A stretch of 64,000 bases of DNA, taken from positions 16,306,001 to 16,370,000 of the forward strand of contig NC_086124.1 in assembly GCF_963921235.1 (NCBI RefSeq), read 5' to 3'. Of the stretch, positions 25,401-38,039 are shown piece by piece (the first letter of the stretch is position 1; the number at the start of each line of letters is the position of its first letter). Position numbers and translations under genes: made by a program. Origin of the DNA: Mobula hypostoma (taxonomy: Eukaryota). The notes beneath the pieces are model-generated. The model had not been told where the DNA came from. It did not search any database and saw only the letters and a program-made list of their open reading frames with translations.

Positions 25401-26172
25401 CATTTCCAGAAATATCAATCTTTGTCAACCCTTCTTCACTTAACTTCTGGAACTTACCCCAATCAGCTTTTTCAAACACCCACTTTGGGGTTCCGCCACC
25501 TGGTCTTACTTCAACTCTTTCACCCACTGAACACAAAACTGGGTAGTGATCACTGCCTACTGTTGAAGCAGTCCAAACTCCCCAGTTACTAATGCCAGCC
25601 AAGGTATTAGACACTAACGTAATATCTAACACTGACTCAGTTCCTGTTGTTATATCTATTCTTGTGCCGCTACCATCATTCATACACACCAAATCCCTTT
25701 CTTCCATCAAATCTTCAATTACCTTTCCATTTGGATCTGTAATCTGATCCCCCCATATTGTGCTATGAGCATTGAAATCTGCACACCACACTACTTTATG
25801 TCTGTTTTGTCCTTCTATCTTTAATAGGCTGTCCAAATCCAACCTTTTACATGGATTGTAGTAGTTAATTATAACCACTCCCTCCCCTCTCTCCCACACT
25901 TCCACCACTATGTATTCCTGATCATCTCCTTTCTCCAGTACCCTATATGGTATACCTTGCTTGATTAACATAGCACAACCCCCTCCTCCCCCTAGATTTC
26001 TATCTTTCCTTGTCATTGTATACCCATATACCACAAAGTCTAAAGTTGGTTTCAACCAAGTTTCCTGAATACACACTACATCCGGTTTTACAACCATTTC
26101 TTTAATAAAGTGCTTGAATTCCTGGCTATTGGCCAGTAAGCTCCTTGCATTCCATTGTAAAAGAATCACCAT
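22423..26172 (-). pseudogene. LINE copy 2 ORF2 (APE-RT-RNase H), disrupted
   Basis: Same protein as 3950-7699, but broken by a frameshift in the A-run near 24770, stops at 24273 and 23581, and an indel near 23995. Confidence 0.9.
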
Positions 26173-26180
26173 AATTAGTA

Positions 26181-27413
26181 TTAACCAACACATGACACTT
26201 CCTGGCTTGACTGATTACTGAGGTTCTCCCTCACTTCCTCCCATGTCAGTCCTACTAACCCTAAATGGTTTACTGCTGCTTTTACCACCAGCTGAATTTT
26301 GTCACTTTTTGACTTTACCTCAGCAGTACTATTAATCACTCCTGCAATGAATGTTACTAGAGCCATTTTGTCTACATGAATCCTGTCATTTGTTCTTTGT
26401 TGCATCTCTCGTATCCCTATTGCTCCCTGTTCATTAGGAGCATTATTCTGTTCTCTTGACATTCTTACAGCTTCTGCATAAGTGATCTTTCTTTTCACTC
26501 TTATTTCTTGAATTTTAGTCTCCCGTCTCACAACCTCACACCCACTATATGCCACATTATGAGCTCCTCCACAATTGCAGCATTTTGGTTGAACTCCTGT
26601 TCCGCACTTTCCATATTCATGATCACCCCCACATCTAGCACATCTCCTCTGCCTTTTACAGTTTTTAGCCACGTGTCCAAACCTTTGACAATTATATCAC
26701 CTCAATGGCTTTGGCACATACACCCTTACTGGGTAACTCATGAAACCCAGGAACACCTTCCTTGGCACTCTTTCTTCTTCAAATTCAATCAATACTGATT
26801 CACTTTCCTTTTTCACTCCCTCCTTTGTCGTTTTCAGTCTTTGAACATTCATTACTTTCCCTCCTTTGATATTCCTCTTGATCTCCTCTATATTTATACT
26901 CATTGGTATCCCCGTGATCACTCCTTTACAACCACTGTTTTGTGCTCCCACCCTCCCAGTGTATTCCACCTTGCATTTTCCTATCTCTTTTAGCTTGAGT
27001 GCTTTCTCAAGTTGTTCCTCATTCGCACATCTTACCAATAAGTTGCCATCATTAAGGACTTTTGCAAATACTATTTCCCCTATCTTATTTGTCAGAGTTG
27101 TTGTTAGCACAAACGGGTTAATTTTCTTCATATGTCCCTGAGCCTTCTCATTAAACCTAATTATGACAACACCTCCTCTCTGAGCTTGTTCATCTTCCTC
27201 ACTTTCAGAGCTTTCTCCACCATCATTTCTTATTCTTTTATTCCCTTTGTCTTGGTTTTTATTCATCCGACCCCTCACTACCTCCTCATTCCCTTTATTT
27301 CTCCCTTCACAATAATCCACCTCTCCCCAGCTGCCTACCTCTGGTCCCAAGTCTCTATCCCTCTCCTTCTCCACTTTCTTTCCCTCAACCCCGCCTCTTA
27401 TCTTGTCCGCCAT
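26181..27413 (-). pseudogene. LINE copy 2 ORF1, disrupted
   Basis: TGC>TGA at the first Cys of knuckle 1 (26697-26699); otherwise matches copy 1. Confidence 0.88.
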
Positions 27414-28019
27414 TACCGGACCCACACGGCCCCCTCCCAGCAATTTCCGTTCCTTCCCCACTCTCTTTCCCTCAACAGGTTCCAAAACACACTCACGCAT
27501 CAAGCAAAACACAGCCAGCTTCCAGTAGCAGCCCACACTCCAACCACCTCTCCGCACTATGATTCGGTCAGCTGCCCTCAACCCCCTTGAACACAAACGG
27601 TTCAAACCCCGCCATGAGGAAAAGCCTCTGGTTCTCGGCCTGTTTTGTATGTCCTGTGGGGATGCAGTGGGGCATTCAGGATTGGTTCAACAACGCTTAA
27701 ACTCATTGGAGAAAGCAAATCAACCACCGAGAGAGCGACTTATTTACCAAACAAAATCAAAAGCGCGGAAGTAACTGCTTACCCGCCGAAAATAAACGGA
27801 AATTATAAAAAAATTCCGACAAAAATCCTTTGTTGAAACCCAATCTAAAATCAAATGATTGCGGATCTATTTGTGGACGAATTCTCTGCATTACTCCATT
27901 ACTGAAATCCGCCACATCTAATGATTGGGTGTAGCTAATATTGCAGATGTGTCTGGGGATTTCATTGCTCTTCACAGAATGTAACTTAGAAATGCAGCCC
28001 TCTTCATGAAAAACTGAGT

Positions 28020-28035
28020 GGCTCTTAAAAGAGCC
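28020..28035 (-). terminator. Histone 3' stem-loop
   Basis: GGCTCTTTTAAGAGCC on the - strand, with HDE-like GAAGAGGGCT downstream. Confidence 0.93.
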
Positions 28036-28052
28036 TTTGGGTTTTCGGTTTG

Positions 28053-28183
28053 NNNNNNNNNNNNNNNNNNNNNNNNNNNNNNNNNNNNNNNNNNNNNNNN
28101 NNNNNNNNNNNNNNNNNNNNNNNNNNNNNNNNNNNNNNNNNNNNNNNNNNNNNNNNNNNNNNNNNNNNNNNNNNNNNNNNNNN
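28053..28183. other. 131-nt N run
   Basis: Same length as the homologous stretch in the intact copy (12978-13108). Confidence 0.95.
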
Positions 28184-28439
28184 TGGATCGCTTGTTGTAA
28201 TGGGCTAAGCGGGAAGCCTCGCCAGCGATGCGCTCGAAAATATCGTTCACGAACGAGTTCATGATGCTCATGGCCTTGGAGGAGATGCCGGTGTCGGGAT
28301 GAACCTGCTTCATCACTTTGTAGATATAGATGGAGTAACTCTCCTTCCTCAGCCTCCTTCGCTTCTTGCCAGACTTGCCTGATGGTTTTGGCAGCGCTTT
28401 CTTAGCGCCCTTCTTGGGAGCGGGTTTCTGATCGGGCAT
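28068..28439 (-). CDS. H2B: Histone H2B (3' part hidden by N; end inferred)
   Basis: [14 protein letters not shown]...AHYNKRS intact up to the N run. Stop position inferred from the 372-nt length of the paralogs. Confidence 0.88.
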
Positions 28440-29225
28440 TTTTTCTGTCCAGTTCAGAATCAAATAAGCAGAATAATAATCGATGCGCCCTTTAAATAGG
28501 AAGCGCTGACGGCGGTATGCTAATCAAGGAATAGAGAATCAGAGCATGTTCATTGGCTGCTTGGAGAGACGCTTCGCCATCGAAATTATTACGGCAAATC
28601 CTATATTTGGTAATAAGAGGCAACAAATTAAAACGCTCGCTCTACCAAGCAGAAGCCTCTCCAAGTCTGCGGGCCGGGAACCTTGCCAATCCGTGACGGT
28701 TTTCGGTGCAATTTATTGCGGCAGAAGGGATAAGAGGTAGAGGGTTGTGGCTGACGTTAAACAATAGAAAACGTAAAATACAGATGCAGATGAAATAAAC
28801 TCACATTCAGATGAAAAGTTGAAAGAAAATTTATTATCAAAGTACATATATGTCACCATCAAGAAGCATGATTCATTTTCTTGTGTGGATACTCAATAAA
28901 TGGATAACAGAATAATAGGTTTCATTGAATAAATGAGAGATGCTATCAATTTGGGCATTCAACCAGTGTGCAAAAGAAAAAAAATGTTGAAAAAAAAGTG
29001 AATATTAATAATTAATAAGCAATATATATTGAGAATATGAGTTGAAGCGTCCTGAAAGTGAGATCAAGTTGTGGAAACGTTTTAATGATGAAGTGAATTT
29101 ATCCCCTTTGGTTCAAGTGTCTGATGTTTGGGGGATAATAACCACTACTGAAAATAACAGTGTGAGTCCTCATCAAAGTTGCTGGTGAACACAGCAGGCC
29201 AGGCAGCATCTCTAGGAAGAGGTAC

Positions 29226-29261
29226 AGTCGACATTTCAGGCTGAGATCCTTCGTCAGGACT
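29226..29261 (-). ncRNA. Minimal hammerhead ribozyme motif (inverted copy)
   Basis: Minus strand reads AGTC-CTGACGA-A-GGATCTCAGCCT-GAAA-TGTC-GACT. Confidence 0.5.
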
Positions 29262-29715
29262 AACTGAAGAAAGAGTTAAATCCCATTCCCATTCTGACAT
29301 GCCTATCCACGGCCTCCTCTACTGTAAAGATGAAGCCACACTCAGGTTGGAGGAACAACAGCTTATATTCCGTCTGGGTAGCCTCCAACCTGATGGCATG
29401 AACATCGACTTCTCTAACTTCCGCTAATGCCCCACCTCCCCCTCGTACCCCATCCGTTATTTATTTTTATCCACACATTATCTCACTCTCCTTTTTCTCC
29501 CTCTGTCCCTCTGACTATACCCCTTGCCCATCCTCTGGTTCCCCAGCCCTTGTCTTTCTCCCCGGACCTCCTGTCCCATGATCCTCTCATATCCCTTTTG
29601 CCAATCACCTGTCCAGCTCTTGGCTCCATCCCTCCTCCTCCTGTCTTCTCCTATCATTTTGGATCTCCCCCTCCCCCTCCCACTTTCAAATCTCTTGCTA
29701 ACTCTTCCTTCAGTT

Positions 29716-29751
29716 AGTCCTGACGAAGGGTCTCGGCCTGAAATGTCGACT
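29716..29751 (+). ncRNA. Minimal hammerhead ribozyme motif (Penelope)
   Basis: AGTC-CTGACGA-A-GGGT(CTCG)GCCT-GAAA-TGTC^GACT. Helix I AGTC/GACT, helix II hairpin, GUC cleavage triplet. Confidence 0.6.
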
Positions 29752-31670
29752 GTACCTCTTCCTAGAGATGCTGCCTGGCCTGCTGCATTCACCAGCAACT
29801 TTGATGTGTGTTGCTTGAATTTCCAGCATCTGCAGAATTCCTGTTGTTGTGTGAGTTCTCAGCCTCTTTTACCTTTGTTCTGATAGCAGAGTGAGAAGAG
29901 GGAATGTCCTGGGTGTTGGGAGTCCAGGATGATGGAACCACTTTCAAGGAGCTATGACCTTAGATCCCAAAATTCCCTGCTTAGCAACATTGTTAAGGAC
30001 CTGTATGGTATTGCTTATTACATGACCGAGGGCAGCAGGTAACCGATGGAGAAAATTTGGATATCAGTGGGGCAAAGGGACTTGCACAAGTTTCCAAAGG
30101 GTTAATTTTTATGTCAGTGGTAAGGAAGAGAAATGAAATTTCAGGATGCTTAAAAGATAAATACAAGGAAATAATATTGAGGCATAAGAAAGCATTTGTC
30201 AGACAGCTTGGAGGACCATGAGCAGTATTAAAACTGTTATCTAAGACGGGATATGTTGCATTGGAGAGTGTCCAGAGGAGCTTTTTGAGATTTACCATGG
30301 GAATGAAAATCTTAATGTTTGAGGAGAGTTTAATGGCTCTGTACACACTTGAATTTAGAAGAATGAGGGGGATCTCATTGAAACATATTGAAAGTTGGAA
30401 GCTCTGGATAGAGTGGATGTGGAGAGGATGTTTCCTCTAGTGGGGGATTTACAGAACAGCGGGGAACAACCTCAGAATATAAGGAAGATCCTATAGAATT
30501 GAAATGAGGATGAATTTCTTTAGCCAGGGAATGGTGATAGAACTGTGGGCAGACACTGTATAGTCACAAGCTGAAGCAAAACATTGAGAGCTACATTTCC
30601 CTTTGTACAGCCTTTCTGAGTGTAGTAGTTCAGTTATGCCGCAGTCACGATGATAAACTGACAGAGACAGTGTGCAGACATAGTGCAATTAGGCAGGCGA
30701 ACAACGACCCTTGAAAACTTAGCTCTTTTTTGTACAGCCTTCCTGAATCAAAGTACTGAAGAATAGCAGGATAAAGATGGAAACAAATCTTTCTAGGGCA
30801 ACATCTGCTACTGGACTGTTATTTCACTGATTCTGAAGCCTTATTGGCCTCTAATACATACATTATGGGTTATGATTGATAATTAAACAGGAAATTGATG
30901 CAATTCAAAAGTGCAGTATTTATCAGACCAATATCTGTATACAGCAAGTTGATTTCAGGATAAAAATAGCATTGCTTTATTCAAATTTCAGAACAGTGTG
31001 GTGACAGGGGCCAAGATGTTCCCCTTGTGCTCAATAAAGTAGATTGCATTTGAGGAATTATGTAATGTTTCAGGGTCTAGTTAATCACATAACAAACTCT
31101 CAGTCAAACATATTGTCATAAACACAAGGGATTCTGCAAGTTGGAAATCCAGACACACACACAAAATGTTGGAGGAACTCAGCAGGTCAGGCAGCATCTG
31201 TGGAACTGAATGAACAATCAACATTTCAGTCCAAAACCCTTATTCAGGACTGAAAATAAAGGGGAATGATGCCAGAATAAAAAAAAAGTGGGGAGGAGAA
31301 ATAGCTAGAAGGTGATAGGTTGAGTCAGCTGGGTGGGAAATGTAAAGTGATGGAGAAGAAGGAATCTGATAAGAGAAGAGAGTGGACCATGGGAGAAAGG
31401 GAAGAGGAGGGCATCAGGCAGAGGTGACAGGCAAATGAGAAGAAGAGATAAGAGGCCAGAGTAGGGAATAGAAAAGGGATGGGAGAGTGAAAAAAATTAC
31501 CTGAAGGAGAAATCAATATTAATGCATAGATCCCTAAGTTCATTCAGTGAGAGTAATTCTAAGCACAAGTATATTGAGGTAGTACAAAAAGGAAAACAAA
31601 ATCAAAAAGCAGACTATACCATTCTATCTTAAGAGAAAGTGTAGTGCAAGAAAACCACACAGTATTTGGC

Positions 31671-32618
31671 AGTATTCGGAAACAGCTCTACTACCATCTG
31701 TAATTTCTTTATTTTTCCCTTTCAGGGGTTTTTTGAAGACCCTGACCTGAAGTTACATGGTGACTATGGTTCTTTGCAGGACTGGGACATGCTCTTGATG
31801 TTTCAGGACTGGTTGTTGTTCGGCACACCAAGGGCTCGGCTTAAGTATGTGGCTCGGCTCTGGAGGCCTAGGAATTCGGGACTCTGGGGATGGCCAGATC
31901 GAGGGTCATTGTCAAGACCGGAGATCCACGTGTTGTTGGTGAGTCAGAATATCTGAGCTTTGTGCCCAGAGACTCGTGATCTTTGGGCACAGAGCTCAAA
32001 AAAAGCGATGCGGTGGACTTTTAACATTGTAAACTTGTGAGTTGTTTGCTATGTCTCCCCTCTTGCTGTGAAAATGGACACACCTCTTTCGCCCTTACTG
32101 GGGAGAGAGAGGACCTGTGGTATGTCGAATGCCGGGTGAACAATGCAGCCTTTGGGGTAACTGCAAGTCTGTGTCTTTGTTGGAAGAGGTACAGTCAACG
32201 TTTCAGGCCGAGACCCTTTGTCTTGGCCTGAAATGTCGACTGTACTTCTTCCCAGAGATGCTGCCTGGCCTGCTGCATTCACCAGCAACTTTGATGTGTG
32301 TTGCTTGAATTTCCAGTATCTGCAGAATTCCTCGTGTTTGCTGTGTCTTTGTTGTTGCTTTGCTGCACGCTTGACTGCTCGGTGGCGGGTGCCGATGCTT
32401 CATTTTTGCTGGTGGGGGGGAGTGGGTTTGTTGCTTCCTGCCACTTACACGTGGGAGGGAGGAGCTGGTGGGGGGGACGACCTTGGGGTTTTTAACATTT
32501 GACAGTCCTTCATTCTTTGGGGTAATCCTCTGTTTTCATGGGTGGTAGTGAAGAAAAAGCATTTCAAGGTGTATATTCTAAACATTTCTCTGACATAAAT
32601 TTACCTATGAAACCTCTG
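31671..32618 (+). mobile_element. Unclassified non-coding insertion containing a short Penelope fold-back
   Basis: Absent from the paralogous position (~16450). Nested Penelope terminus at 32183-32340 with TSD CTGTGTCTTTGTTG (32169-32182, 32341-32354). Confidence 0.55.
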
Positions 32619-32789
32619 AGCAACATTGATACACAGAGGGATGTTGGAGTCTGAGTCCATGGCTCCCTGGTAATGGCTACACAGGATGTTCGTCTGGTGA
32701 AGAATGCGTATTATGTGCTTGACTTTATTAGTTGAGGTGACTGCGGGAGTCAGGAAGTTATGTTGTAGTTTTAGTTTGGAATGTACCGA

Positions 32790-33150
32790 GGCCACCTCTA
32801 GAGCACTGTCTGAGCATCCTCTGGAATAGTCTATAAATCTAGTTAGGCCTTCTCTGGAGTACTGACTAGGCTTCCCCTGGAGTAGAGTCCAAAACTCCAG
32901 TTAGACCTCCTATGGAGTCTGAAAGTCTAGTTTGGACTCCACTGCAGTAGTTTAGGCCTCCTCAAGATAAAAAAAAAACTGGTTAGGCCATGTCTGGAGT
33001 GTAGTCTAGGTCTTCTCTGGAGTAGTCTAAAACTCTAGTTAGACCTCCTCTGGAGTTGAGTCTAAAAGTCTAGTTAGGCCTTCTCTGCAGTAGAGTTTAA
33101 AAGGCAAGTTAGGTCTCCTCTGGAGTGCTGATCAAAAATCTGGTTCAGCC
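32790..33150 (+). repeat. Degenerate ~34-bp minisatellite
   Basis: Paralog of 16620-16975. Confidence 0.78.
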
Positions 33151-33529
33151 TTCTCAAAGTTGAAAGTTCAAAGTACATTTTATTATCAAAGTATGTATAA
33201 ATTATACAATCTTGGGATTCATCTGCTTACAGGCAGCCACAAAACCATATTTTAAAAAAAAAGACAAACACCTAATCTATAGAAAGATTAAAAAAATCAA
33301 ATCATACATGGAAACAATAAAGCAAGCATCAACATTCAGAATGAAATTGAGTCCATAAACCTTGAAGCCAAAGAGGATTAGAGTAAAAAATTCCATTTCG
33401 GCCTCCTCTGGTTTGTAGCCCAAGAGACAAGTTAGGACTCCTCTGGAATACTATATTCAAGTCTGGTTGGTGCATTATAGGAAAAAAAAATGAAGACTTT
33501 GGAGAGGATTCAGAATAGAATTAGGCCAT

Positions 33530-34970
33530 AAGAACAGAAATAGCTCATTCAATCCATCGATTTTGCTCTATCATTCTATCATATCCGAGTTATTATCCCT
33601 GTCAAACACATTCTTTGGCCTTTTCCCTGTAACTTTTGACTCCCTGACTAATCAAGAACTTATCATATTCCGTTTTAAGTATGGTTAATGACTTGGCCTC
33701 CACAGCTGTCTGTGACAATGAATTCCACTGAATAACTACCCTCTTGATAAAGAATTTCCTCCTCATCTCTGTTTTCAATGGAAATTTCGATATAATATGT
33801 GGCTGTGCCATTTGGTCCTCGACTCACCTACCACAGGAAACACTCTCACCACGTCTGCTCTGTTCAGGCATTTTAATATTTGATAGGTTTCAATAAGATC
33901 ACCCTTCATTCTTCTGAACTCCAGTGAGTTGAGGTCCGCCGCCATCAAGTGGACAAAATACATTCATGCTTTCACTCCTGGAATCATTCATCTTAACCCT
34001 CTCAAATGCCAACACAACTCTTCTTAGATAATAGGCTAAAGATTGCTCACAATACTGCAAGTGATGTCTAACTAATACCTTATAAAAATGCCACAACTTT
34101 ACATCCTTGCTTTTATGTTCTCGTTCTGTTAAAATGAACACTAACATTGAACTTCCCTTCCTTACCACTGACTCAACCGGCAAGTTAACCTTTATGGAAT
34201 CCTGCACAAGTACTCCCAAGACCCTTTGCACCTCTGAGTTTTGAATCTTCTCCCTCTTTAGAAAATAGTTTATGCTTTTATTCCTTCTACCAAAGTACAT
34301 GACCATTCACTTCCATGCACCATATTGCATCTGCAACTTCTCTGTCCATTCTCCAAATCTGTCTTAAGAACTTTTGCAGACTCCCAGCTTCTTCAAAACT
34401 TCCTGCCTCTCCATCTATATTTGTACCATCCATTAATCTGGTCACAAAGCCATCAATTCCATCATCCAAACAATTTACATATACCATGAAAAGGAGTGGC
34501 CTCAATACTAAACTTTGCCGTAAACCACTAGTCACTGACAGCTGACCAAAAAAGTCCTCCATTATTCCCATTCTTTGCCTCCTGCTCTTCTGCTAATCTT
34601 TCATCCATACTAGTACCTTTCCTATAATACCATGCGTTCTTACCTTGTTTAACAACCACATCTTCAGCAAGTTGTGCAAGCCTTTCTGAAGATACAAATA
34701 AATAACATTTACTGACTCTTCTTTGTCTATTTTGCCTGTCATTTTCTCAAAGGTTTGCAACAGTTTTGTCAGGCAAGACATCTCGTTTAGAAAACCCTGC
34801 TGACTTTGGCCTATTTTATCATTTTACCCCAAAAATTCATCAATAACAATGGCCTCCAACATCTTCCAACCACCGAAGTCAGGCTAACTGGTCTATAATT
34901 TCCTTTCTTCTGTCTCCCTCCCTTCTTAAAGAGTGGAATGTCATTTTCTATTTTCCAGTCCTCTGGAACT
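33530..34970 (-). mobile_element. Degenerate CR1 LINE
   Basis: SCLTKLLQ.FE, VTSG..Q.LVL.PLLF, LGVLVQDS, FRRMKGDLIETYQILK remnants. Confidence 0.82.
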
Positions 34971-36690
34971 GTTAGGAGAATTATTCACACTTCCCTCGAA
35001 CAGGAATTTTTCCAGGTGCCATCAAAATGGTGGCTGTCAAACCCCTTCTTACTAACGATAGGCCAATATCAACATTTCCCTTCCTGGGCAAAATTCTTGA
35101 GAAAGGAATATTCAAACGCAACTTTCTGAATCAGAACAATATTTGAGAAATGTTTCAATGTCCCTTATCAAAATTGTCAGCAACCTTAGGTTCAGCTCTG
35201 AAAGCGGAAAGGTATGAACATTTCAGGTCAGAATTTGGAAAGTGAGGGAAAAGCAAGTTTGTTTGAATTTGCAGAAAAGTATGGTGGAGAAATTGATGGG
35301 ATGAAATAAATATTAGTACTAACCAGGTCCAGGTGGAACAGGATAATGGGGTTATCATTATTTATCAATTCCACACGTTTTTAGTAGCAGTTATTGATTC
35401 CCACTTTTACAGAATGGTACAGCACTACAACAGGCCATTTGGCCCATTACACCGATACTAATCAGTTGGAATTAATTCATTTTTATCCCTTCTACCAGCA
35501 CTTGTCTTGTAACCTGGGTAATTCAAGTGACTGACAAGATATTTCTAAAATACCATCAGCCACTCAGATTTCACGACTCGCTCTGGTAGAGTGTCCCAGT
35601 TATTCACCCTCAAACTAACTCCTATGTCCTGCTGGTCCATCTTCTCCAGATATGAGAAAAAAACTCTCTGCAACCTACCCTATCTATGCCTAAATCATCT
35701 CCCCTCTTAAACTGGGATTAGTGCTGGGTCAGTATGTGTTTGTCATCTATATCGACGACCTGGATGATAATACTGTAACACCGATCAAAAAACTTGCAGA
35801 TGGCACCAAGATGGGGATGCAGTGGACAACGAGGAACGCTATTGAATCTTGCTGTGCGACCTGGGAATTATTCCGTGAATGTGGAGTCACTGTTAGCCAG
35901 CCCACAGAGAGATCTCAAGGCCCATTGGCCTTCATAAATCAAAACATTGAATACAGAAGTTGAGATGTTATTTTGAAGTTGTATAACACATTGATGAGGC
36001 CCAATTTAAAGCACTGTGTGAAATTCTGGTCACCTACATACAGCTTAACATCTGCCCCAGGACAGTTTTGAAGCTCTAACAAAGAGAGGTGGGAATGTAA
36101 GTACTATAGTGAAGATGGAATAATGAAAGGTGATTTTGGGAGTAAATACATTTTGCAAGGAAAATAGGCAATTAAGCATGTTTTCTAAATGTTCATAGAC
36201 AACAAAATATTATCTGAAGAGGCTAAAGATCAAAAACTTTCACGGTTGCTGCCCGAGCGGTGTTTTACTGTAATTTCAGGACGCCGGTCTCCACATTTGT
36301 TCTTTTTCCAGAATATCATTGATTATTTTTTGGAGCAATGAGTACAAATCGTAACAGATTTTATATCAGTTATTCTGGACGTTCGGTATTAATGTTTCAG
36401 AACTAACCTTCAATATGGAACCGGAGTGAAAATAAAATAGATCCCAACCATCTCTCCGGGGAACATACACACGTTTTCTTATGCAGCGGAAAACTTCCTC
36501 AGCTCCGGAAGCGATTCATAATACCACCTTAGCACATCCGAACTCGGCTTTAGTCTAAGATAAACTGGTATGATTTTCTTTTGTCTGTAAAAGGAACTTC
36601 CTCAGAAATCTTTCGTAGTGACAGCGAAACCCAAGTCCTTTCCCCGCGCTCATGTTATAGCCAGGCAGCCCCTTCACAGACCCTGTGAGT

Positions 36691-36706
36691 GGCTCTGAAA
36701 AGAGCC
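36691..36706 (-). terminator. Histone 3' stem-loop (H2A pseudogene)
   Basis: GGCTCTTTTCAGAGCC on the - strand. Confidence 0.92.
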
Positions 36707-36736
36707 TTTGCGTAACAGAGTTAACATTCTGTCGCT

Positions 36737-37082
36737 TCACTTGCTGGCACCGCCGGATTTCTTGGGCAACAGCACAGCCTGGTAAAATCCCACTCTGGGC
36801 TGTGGTCTCCTCTCCCAGCAGCTTTGTGGAGCTCCTCGTCGTTGCGGACAGCCTGTTACAGATGTCTGGGGATGACGCGGGTCTTTATATTCTCCGCGTT
36901 GCCAGCGACCTCAAAAACTTGCGCCATCAGATCCTCGAGCGCAGCAGGCAGATGGGCCGGGACTCCGACACTCACTCGCTCAGCATAGTTGCCCTTTCTC
37001 AAGAGCCTCTTAACTCGGCCTACTGGGAACTGCAGACCGACCCGGGACGAGTTTAACAGCCGGCTTTTTTTCGTCCATTCAT
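36737..37082 (-). pseudogene. H2A: Histone H2A pseudogene
   Basis: [45 protein letters not shown] with stops and deletions. Confidence 0.9.
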
Positions 37083-37619
37083 CTCAACACGCTCAGCGAA
37101 ACACAGAGAATGAGGAAACACTTCCGGGTCTCAACCTTCTTCTATCTCCTCTGGGATGCAGTGAGACGTTTATGATTGAACAGAGCGAACAAACCAGTGA
37201 GAGTCGACTTATTTGCCAATCAAAATCAAAAGCGCGGAAGTAACTGCTTACCCGCCGAAAACAAACTGTAACTTGATATCAGCCCGCCAAAAATCCTTCG
37301 TTTAGTCAAATCATTGCAGATTTGCTTGTCGACCAGTTCTCCGCATAAACCCATTACTGGTCAGCCACATCTAATGTTTGAGTGTAGCTACAATTGCAGA
37401 CGTGTCTGGGGATTTCATTATATCTCTACTCAGAACAAATTTCGAATTACAGTTGCTGCCCCCGGTCATTGAGTGAACTGCATCATTTTATGAACGAGTT
37501 GCTGATCTCAAACTACTGCTGGAGTTTAGACAAATTATTGGTGAAAGAAACGCCTGGCATTGCAATTGAATTCAGAGATTATGACAAAAAATTACAGCTC
37601 TATTAATGAAACATTGAGT

Positions 37620-37635
37620 GGCTCTTAAAAGAGCC
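37620..37635 (-). terminator. Histone 3' stem-loop
   Basis: GGCTCTTTTAAGAGCC on the - strand. Confidence 0.94.
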
Positions 37636-37667
37636 TTTGGGGTTTCAGTTTGTTTTGGCGGCACTCT

Positions 37668-38039
37668 TCACTTGGAGCTGGTGTACTTGGTCACTGCCTT
37701 TGTCCCTTCCGACACGGCGTGCTTGGCCAGCTCCCCGGGCAGCAGCAGGCGCACTGCGGTCTGGATCTCCCGAGAGCTGATGGTCGAACGCTTGTTGTAA
37801 TGGGCTAGGCGGGAGGCCTCGCCAGCGATGCGCTCGAAAATATCGTTCACGAACGAGTTCATGATGCTCATAGCCTTGGAGGAGATGCCGGTGTCGGGAT
37901 GAACCTGCTTCATCACTTTGTAGATATAGATGGAGTAACTCTCCTTCCTCAGCCTCCTGCGCTTCTTGCCAGACTTGCCTGATGGTTTCGGCAGCGCTTT
38001 CTTAGCACCCTTCTTGGGAGCGGGCTTCTGCTCGGGCAT
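37668..38039 (-). CDS. H2B: Histone H2B, 123 aa
   Basis: Intact [14 protein letters not shown]...TKYTSSK with stem-loop and promoter. Confidence 0.97.
   Translation of the reverse strand: MPEQKPAPKKGAKKALPKPSGKSGKKRRRLRKESYSIYIYKVMKQVHPDTGISSKAMSIMNSFVNDIFERIAGEASRLAHYNKRSTISSREIQTAVRLLLPGELAKHAVSEGTKAVTKYTSSK

Larger units (their letters stand above)
22186..27613 (-). mobile_element. I-group (Nimb/I-like) non-LTR retrotransposon, copy 2, with longer 5' end
   Basis: Near-identical to copy 1 in opposite orientation. (CAGA)n tail at 22186-22204; 12-bp TSD ATGAGGAAAAGC at 22174-22185 and 27614-27625. Confidence 0.93.
29173..29848 (+). mobile_element. Penelope-like element 3' fragment with inverted 5' terminal arm
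   Basis: Encodes HSHSDMPIHGLLYCKDEATLRLEEQQLIFRLGSLQPDGMNIDFSNFR* (GIY-YIG C-terminus). Has ~105-bp inverted arms and TSD GTGTGAGT(C/T)CTCA (29160-29172, 29849-29861). Empty paralogous site at ~13685-13700. Confidence 0.88.

Noticed and set aside
27972-28463. 163-aa extended H2B (also 61311-61802)
   Set aside because: Artefact of translating through the N run that hides the real stop codon.
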